Positions 45,400 to 50,843 of a DNA stretch of 50,843 nucleotides are shown here, one piece after another. Below the pieces are notes generated by a model. The model had not been told where the DNA came from. It saw nothing but the letters and a program-made list of their open reading frames with translations, and did no database searches. The stretch is from Candidatus Hydrothermales bacterium (GTDB lineage Bacteria; Hydrothermota; Hydrothermia; Hydrothermales; JAJRUZ01). The number at the start of each line of letters is the position of its first letter. Position 1 is the stretch's first letter. The position numbers and the translations under genes are program-made. The stretch is taken from NCBI GenBank assembly GCA_039630575.1, contig JBCNUW010000014.1:1-50843 (forward strand), written 5' to 3'.

Positions 45400-48012
45400 A
45401 TGAGAATTTTTTTTATTTCTTTTATTATATTTTCTCTTTTAAAATCTGGTGAGATTTTACTTGTAGATCATGATGGAAACAAAACTCTTCAAGATGGAAC
45501 TCCTTATGACGCAATAATAAGGGCCTCTCTTTCAAGACTTGGTTATGTATATAGAGTTTGGGATCATCCTGATACATTAACCTGTCCTCCTCTTGATACA
45601 CTTTTAAACTATAAAGCTGTTATTTGGAATATTCCTTATGTAGAGTTTGAATTTAGACCAAAAGATGTTGATTCTGCTGTTATGTATCAATACCTTCATT
45701 CTGGAGGCAAGCTCTTTCTTATAAGCCCTGAATTTATAGATTGGATGTTTTATTTTTACATCATACCTGGTTTCCTTGGTGTTTCAAATTATGAAAATGC
45801 TTCTCTTGCTAATAAGTTAGCCTTTGGCGTTTCTGGTGCTCCCTATTTCAGTTCTTTCACATTTCAGTTTGATAATTTTTATAACAATCCGAGTTTAAAT
45901 TATTGGCAAAATATAATGGTTCTCTCCAGTTCTCAGCCCTTAATGAGGGTTAATTATCATCCCTATATGATTAGTGATAGCTGTATAATGCTTTTTAGAA
46001 AGTTTCCATTAGGCACAGATACAGGTAGACTTGTTCATCTTTCTGTTTCTTTTGAGAATATAATTCCTGAAGCAAAAAGAGATTCCATAGTAAGGAAAGT
46101 TATTGAGGGTCTTTTAAAATACCAAAGACCACAGTTTCCAGACCTTGCTATTTCATCAATAAAGGGTCATGAGATTATTTTTGATTCAATTTTACCTTTA
46201 AAAGGTGTTAATCAATATTTTAAATACAAGGTAAAGATAAAAAATTTAGGAAGTTTAAGTTCTTCTCTGGCAAGTATTACTTTGACTTTAAAGGACTTTC
46301 AGACTCAAAATATTTTCTTTTCTGATACAAAACAGGTTCCACCACTTGTCTCTTTTGATTCAACTTTAGTTGTTTTTGATTCCTTTACTTATATTGTTCC
46401 AAAGAAGTATATTTTTGAAGTGAGTATAAATTATCAAGATTTAAATAATTTAAATAATTTCTTTATAGATACTTTTAAGACTCTTTTTGTTGCTTTTTAT
46501 GACGATTTTGAGGATCAAAACAGAACCTTTTCAAAATGGGAGAGGGGTTTTGAGTTAACTTCTGAAAGATCTTATCGTGGTTTCCGCTCTTTTTGTGAAA
46601 AGGCTAATATGAATTATCCGAATATGGCTGATATAAGAACTCAGAATATTAACCCCATTTCTTTAAAGCAATTTAAAACGGCTCTTTTATCTTTTTATGT
46701 TTATTATAATATAGAACCAGGTTTTGACCATTGTTTTCTTGATATCTCAAGGGATAAGATTCATTATTACACATTAAAGAGTTTCACAGGTTTTCATCCA
46801 TTTTGGGAAAAAGTAGATGTTGATCTTTCCGGTTATACCCTTTATGATTCTGTTTATCTTAGATTTAGATTTAAATCAGACCCTGGTGCAAACTTTGAAG
46901 GAATTTTCATAGACGATTTAATTCTTATATGTGACACTCAAGATTTAGGTAAGCCCCTAATAATTCATAGAAAAAAACCTGATACTTTTAGCTTTTATAG
47001 ACCTACAAGTTTAGTTGCAGAGATATATGATAAAAGTGGTATCCAGAGTGCATATCTTAAATATTATACTGAAAATAATCCAAATGATACATTTTCCTTT
47101 CCTTATGATAGTTTTAAGTTAAAAAAATACTATTTTACATTACCTTTTGTTGGAACTGGTGAGAGAATTTATTACTTTTTTGAAGCATCTGATTCTAAAT
47201 TGAACAAATCTTATTCAAATGTTTTTGAAATTGTTCAAGGTAAAAAGTTTTATAACTTTCAGGAAACCCAGAATCCATCCCTTTATTTTGATCTTAACGG
47301 AACACCCTCTGTAAAAATAGGAGATATCTTGATGACAGGATTTGTTTGTAACTATGATTCGATAGAACTTAGATCAGTTATGTATATGACTTATTCTGAT
47401 GATTCAAATCCAATTGATACGATCTATATTTACCTTTTAAATAACTTTCCTGATACTACCCCACTTTTAAAATTTAAGGATTATCCTGAAAATACTTCAG
47501 AAAGAAGATTTTCCTGGAATCTATTTACTTTCCCTCAAAGTGTAAAATTTAGATTATCTGATACTTTCTTTATAGGATTAAAAAATTATAGAAACACAGA
47601 TGGTTACCCCTTTTTCCTTATTGAGGATATAATCCCTTCATCAAATATGAGTTTTATTTATAAAAGGGCAGAGGATGCAATTTATCCTCTTTCGGATGTG
47701 ATATCTGGACACAGAGCAGATCCACTTTTAATGGTCATAACAAAAGCATATGGAGCTCTATCAGAGATTGAAAAATTCTATGCAGGAGAGATTAAAGAAG
47801 GTATAAAATTCATAGGTGCCCTACCTTACTTTTTTATACCTGAACTGGAAAGGGAAAAGAGAATGACTATATTAGATTCTTCTGGTAGAAGAATAAGGGA
47901 GATAAGAGTTTTGCCAGGTAAAAGCCTTTTTATTTGCCTTGATCAAAGAAAAAGGGGAACCTATTTTCTTGTTGTAGATAAAAAGGTATATAAGTTTTTA
48001 ATATTTAAATAA
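45400..48012 (+). CDS. Large secreted multidomain protein (CARDB-like and immune-inhibitor-A/MAM-like modules, T9SS-like tail)
   Basis: PDLAISSI..VKIKNLGS; YNIEPGFD..W..VDLSGY..LRFRFKSD..GIFIDD; tail ILDSSGR..GTYFL..KFLIFK; SD GGAGG. Confidence 0.75.
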   Translation: MRIFFISFIIFSLLKSGEILLVDHDGNKTLQDGTPYDAIIRASLSRLGYVYRVWDHPDTLTCPPLDTLLNYKAVIWNIPYVEFEFRPKDVDSAVMYQYLHSGGKLFLISPEFIDWMFYFYIIPGFLGVSNYENASLANKLAFGVSGAPYFSSFTFQFDNFYNNPSLNYWQNIMVLSSSQPLMRVNYHPYMISDSCIMLFRKFPLGTDTGRLVHLSVSFENIIPEAKRDSIVRKVIEGLLKYQRPQFPDLAISSIKGHEIIFDSILPLKGVNQYFKYKVKIKNLGSLSSSLASITLTLKDFQTQNIFFSDTKQVPPLVSFDSTLVVFDSFTYIVPKKYIFEVSINYQDLNNLNNFFIDTFKTLFVAFYDDFEDQNRTFSKWERGFELTSERSYRGFRSFCEKANMNYPNMADIRTQNINPISLKQFKTALLSFYVYYNIEPGFDHCFLDISRDKIHYYTLKSFTGFHPFWEKVDVDLSGYTLYDSVYLRFRFKSDPGANFEGIFIDDLILICDTQDLGKPLIIHRKKPDTFSFYRPTSLVAEIYDKSGIQSAYLKYYTENNPNDTFSFPYDSFKLKKYYFTLPFVGTGERIYYFFEASDSKLNKSYSNVFEIVQGKKFYNFQETQNPSLYFDLNGTPSVKIGDILMTGFVCNYDSIELRSVMYMTYSDDSNPIDTIYIYLLNNFPDTTPLLKFKDYPENTSERRFSWNLFTFPQSVKFRLSDTFFIGLKNYRNTDGYPFFLIEDIIPSSNMSFIYKRAEDAIYPLSDVISGHRADPLLMVITKAYGALSEIEKFYAGEIKEGIKFIGALPYFFIPELEREKRMTILDSSGRRIREIRVLPGKSLFICLDQRKRGTYFLVVDKKVYKFLIFK

Positions 48013-48016
48013 AAAC

Positions 48017-48045
48017 TTGAAATTTATTTTAAATTAGGTTATTCT
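48017..48045 (+). promoter_or_regulatory. Sigma70-type promoter
   Basis: TTGAAA (48017-48022), 17 bp, TATTCT (48040-48045). Confidence 0.6.
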
Positions 48046-48054
48046 TTATGGATG

Positions 48055-48065
48055 GGTTCAAAGCC
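48055..48065 (+). repeat. GGTTCAAAGCC T-loop-like motif, variant copy 6
   Basis: 9 nt after the predicted -10 and 26 nt before ATG 48092. Confidence 0.5.
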
Positions 48066-48091
48066 TAAAGAAATTAAAATTTAAGAGTAGA

Positions 48092-48664
48092 ATGAGTAGC
48101 ATAATTTTATTCATTTTTGTGATTATTTCTCCTCCGGAAGGAGGAGTAAGTCTTTTAGATCCTCAATCCCTCCGTAAACTCGAGATAAAGAATCTCTTTA
48201 AGGGAAGAATTAGTTTTTCTCTATATGCTCAAATGAAATATTACTATAGTTATCTTTTAAATTTCAGGAATACCTTTAAATACAACTATTTGACTTTGAT
48301 TTCAAAAGAGCTTGAACCAAGAATCTTTTCTATTTCAAGAGAAAAATACTATGAAAGCTTTACTGAAAGAAGAGGTGCACCAAGTTACACTGATTCAAGA
48401 TATTCAATTGTTGTTGCAGAAAGATATAGAGCCATAAAAAGTGAGATAAAAAAAGACTTAAAAAGCTATAGCCTTAATTCTTCAAACAGTTTTAACCCAT
48501 CTAAGGAAAAAAGGGTTGAACTTCTAAAAAGGAATTTGCTCAAAAAGTATTATGAAATCCATAAAGAGGTTGCAAAGGAGTTCAATCAGCTTAATCTTAT
48601 TGATGAAATAGAGAATGCAAAGATTATGCAGACAAACTACTTTAAAAGGGAGGAAGAAAAATGA
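48092..48664 (+). CDS. Hypothetical protein with N-terminal hydrophobic segment
   Basis: 190-aa ORF; its stop overlaps the ATG of the next gene (ATGA). Confidence 0.55.
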   Translation: MSSIILFIFVIISPPEGGVSLLDPQSLRKLEIKNLFKGRISFSLYAQMKYYYSYLLNFRNTFKYNYLTLISKELEPRIFSISREKYYESFTERRGAPSYTDSRYSIVVAERYRAIKSEIKKDLKSYSLNSSNSFNPSKEKRVELLKRNLLKKYYEIHKEVAKEFNQLNLIDEIENAKIMQTNYFKREEEK

Positions 48665-50843
48665 AAAAGATAGTTTTTTTAATTTTTCCAATTTTGTTGA
48701 TAGCAAATGAACTTGATAAAAAGTTAGAACCTCTTTTAATTGAGAAAATAGCTAATCTAAAAGATGATGAAAAGGTTAACTGTATTTTCTATCTTGGTCC
48801 TTATGACTATGATTTTATTGCAACTATTCCTGATCCTGATGCCAGAGTTGATTATATGAAGAACATTGCTTTTGAAACCCAAAGACCAATAGTTGAATTT
48901 TTAATATCAAAAGGCTTTACAGATTCCCTAATTCAGCTTTGGATTTCTAACAAAATAGCTGTAAAACTTCCAAAATATGGAATCTATGAAGTTTTAAGGA
49001 ATTTTCCACAGATAAAGTATGTTTATTTAAATTTCAAGAGATTTGAACCTATACCAGCAAACGCAGAGCCTCTTTCAGATTTTTTCCCAGGAGAGGATTA
49101 TATTTCAGGAAGTATAGATAACGTAAGAGCTGATGAAGCATGGAGAAGGGGTTACACTGGAAAAGGTGTTGTTATAGGTATACTTGATACAGGAGTTGAC
49201 CTCAATCATCCTGTTTTAAGAAGATCCTATAGGGGTGTATCTGGTTGGTATGATCCGATTAGTAATACAACATCCCCAAATGATCCTGATGGTCATGGAA
49301 CAGGATCGCTATCTCTTGCTCTTGGTTCTCACGGTATAGGTGTAGCACCTGGTGCAAAATGGATTGCTTCTCCTGGTATTAATGGAACTGCTGCACAGTT
49401 ATCGCAGTGTATGCAGTGGTTTGCAGGTCTTCCTGATTCTTTAAGACCACACCTTGTTACAAATTCATGGGGTTTAACAACTGCTAATGATACGACATTA
49501 TGGGATGAAATAAGGGCTTGGCTTTTAGTTGGTATAATACCTGTTTTCGCAGTTGGTAATGAAGGTCCAAGTGCTTCATCTACTAGAGCTCCGGGTGATT
49601 TTCCTCTTGTTTTTGGGGTAGGGGGAACTTATTGGCCGTATGATGATGTAATCTTTTATTCTTCAAGAGGACCTGAACCAAATTCACCACCTTGGAATAG
49701 GACTGGATGGTGGCCAAGAACAGATTGGAATAGGCACAAGCCCGATTTTCTTGCTCCTTCTGAGCCAACAGTAGCAGCAGCACCAGCTGGTGAGTATCAG
49801 GGGTTTGGAGGAACTTCAGCAGCCTGTCCACATGTAGCAGGTATAATTGCCCTTTTGCTCCAGGCAAATAACTTTGGATTAATAAGAGGAATGACAGGTG
49901 TTGATACCTCTGAGATAAGAGCTATCTATAGATTTATGTCTAATAACTCCTATTGGAGTTCAAGTTGGGGTCCAAGGTCTAATGAAGCTTTAAGAGATAC
50001 CTTTGGATGGGGAAGAGTTGATGCTGAAAAGTACATTTCCAACTTACCTGTTCCTTCAACTCCTAACATTTTTATTGATTCTGTATGGGTAGTAAACACG
50101 ACACCTGATAATGACAGAGAGATAGAGCCTGGTGAGACAGTAATTTTGGGTATAAGAGTTAGAAATACTGGTGCAAGAGCAACAAATGCCACATTGAGAA
50201 TAAGGTTTAAAACAAGGGATGGTACAAATGATGCCACTGAAATAGGCTTAGTTGTTTTTTCCAACAACTATGGAACCCTTGAAAGGGGTCAAAGAGCTGA
50301 TTATGCAAGTTTTAGAATTTCAACAACAACAGCTCTTTTAGAAAATACAACTTACTATTTTACATGCAGGATAACTGCTGATGGTGGTTATAGAACTTAT
50401 GACTTCTTTAGCCTAACTACAGCAAAGAGAGAGGAGGCAGCAGCTACAAGAAGTTTAAGAAACGATAATGGGACTGCTTACTATTATCCGGGTAATGATC
50501 CAATGTATCAAAATTATAGGTATTTTGCATCAAAGTTTGAGCTTTCAAGGTCAGGAACAATGATTTCCTGTTCTATATATACTTATAATGGATCTAATGC
50601 AGCAGTCAACTGCACCTTATTCGTTTGGCCTCATAATAGTGAAAATAATGCACCAGGTCATCCTCCAATTGCAACAAGAATAATAAGTGTAGGGACAGCT
50701 GAACAATGGTATAATTTTGATATAGCAGATATTCCAGGAATTCAGGCAGGTTATATATGGGTTGGAGTGAGAAAAGATGGAACAACCAATAATGGTGTTC
50801 CCTATCAGGATAGTGATGGTGCTTCTACATCAAATAAAGCTAC
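48661..50843 (+). CDS. Secreted S8 serine peptidase (bacillopeptidase F-like), 3'-truncated by window; missing from ORF track
   Basis: My translation: MKKIVFLIFPILLIA...GYTGKGVVIGILDTGVD...HGTGSLS...GVAPGAKWIA...NSWG...VGNEGP...YSSRGP...KPD...GTSAACPHVAG. Frame appears open to the window end; SD GGAGG. Confidence 0.92.
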   Translation, partial: MKKIVFLIFPILLIANELDKKLEPLLIEKIANLKDDEKVNCIFYLGPYDYDFIATIPDPDARVDYMKNIAFETQRPIVEFLISKGFTDSLIQLWISNKIAVKLPKYGIYEVLRNFPQIKYVYLNFKRFEPIPANAEPLSDFFPGEDYISGSIDNVRADEAWRRGYTGKGVVIGILDTGVDLNHPVLRRSYRGVSGWYDPISNTTSPNDPDGHGTGSLSLALGSHGIGVAPGAKWIASPGINGTAAQLSQCMQWFAGLPDSLRPHLVTNSWGLTTANDTTLWDEIRAWLLVGIIPVFAVGNEGPSASSTRAPGDFPLVFGVGGTYWPYDDVIFYSSRGPEPNSPPWNRTGWWPRTDWNRHKPDFLAPSEPTVAAAPAGEYQGFGGTSAACPHVAGIIALLLQANNFGLIRGMTGVDTSEIRAIYRFMSNNSYWSSSWGPRSNEALRDTFGWGRVDAEKYISNLPVPSTPNIFIDSVWVVNTTPDNDREIEPGETVILGIRVRNTGARATNATLRIRFKTRDGTNDATEIGLVVFSNNYGTLERGQRADYASFRISTTTALLENTTYYFTCRITADGGYRTYDFFSLTTAKREEAAATRSLRNDNGTAYYYPGNDPMYQNYRYFASKFELSRSGTMISCSIYTYNGSNAAVNCTLFVWPHNSENNAPGHPPIATRIISVGTAEQWYNFDIADIPGIQAGYIWVGVRKDGTTNNGVPYQDSDGASTSNKA

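Noticed and set aside
28275..48065. tRNA genes at the GGTTCAATTCC sites
   Set aside because: Flanks are AT-rich with no acceptor, D or anticodon arms; only the T-loop-like 11-mer is present.
48129..48146. SRP RNA (TCCGGAAGGA resembles the domain IV tetraloop)
   Set aside because: Lacks the flanking CAGG and AGCAG internal-loop motifs and the long SRP stem.
832..50267. Short antisense or nested ORFs in the track (e.g. 832-1065, 18669-18977, 21676-22134, 23200-23574, 49583-49867, 49950-50267)
   Set aside because: They lie opposite well-supported genes and have no recognisable motifs; shadow ORFs.
1..50843. CRISPR array, prophage, transposase or defence island
   Set aside because: No regularly spaced repeats and no integrase, transposase, phage or known defence motifs seen; the largest intergenic gaps are under about 150 bp.

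Overview
Gene-dense, very AT-rich chromosomal segment of a diderm bacterium (BamA, Skp/OmpH, outer-membrane barrel candidates). It is probably a thermophile (TrmI, Lys/Glu-rich proteins). Gene content and T9SS-like C-terminal tails suggest an FCB-associated candidate lineage such as WOR-3; this is inference only. Most genes are housekeeping or catabolic: trmI, rsmA, sod, panB, meaB plus a B12 mutase large subunit, agmatinase-like hydrolase, mrp, orphan nuoA, acnA, clpC, bamA, hisS, hbd, nfi, ndk, NFACT, GlcD-like oxidoreductase, sufS, mce and an M16 peptidase pair. Large secreted proteins flank the window, including two S8 peptidases, one of which is absent from the ORF track because it runs off the right edge. 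I saw no tRNA, rRNA, CRISPR or mobile elements. Most notable observations: (1) six copies of a tRNA T-loop-like motif GGTTCAANNCC, each 17-26 nt upstream of a start codon; (2) an endonuclease V gene whose catalytic N-terminus has no in-frame canonical start and apparently needs a frameshift or an ATA start; (3) many apparently leaderless genes; (4) T9SS-like tails, very short signal peptides and enrichment of D-(S/T)-hydrophobic sequons in exported proteins; (5) a mutase with the isobutyryl-CoA mutase signature; (6) a MalT-like protein lacking ATPase motifs and HTH; (7) a Skp fusion protein.
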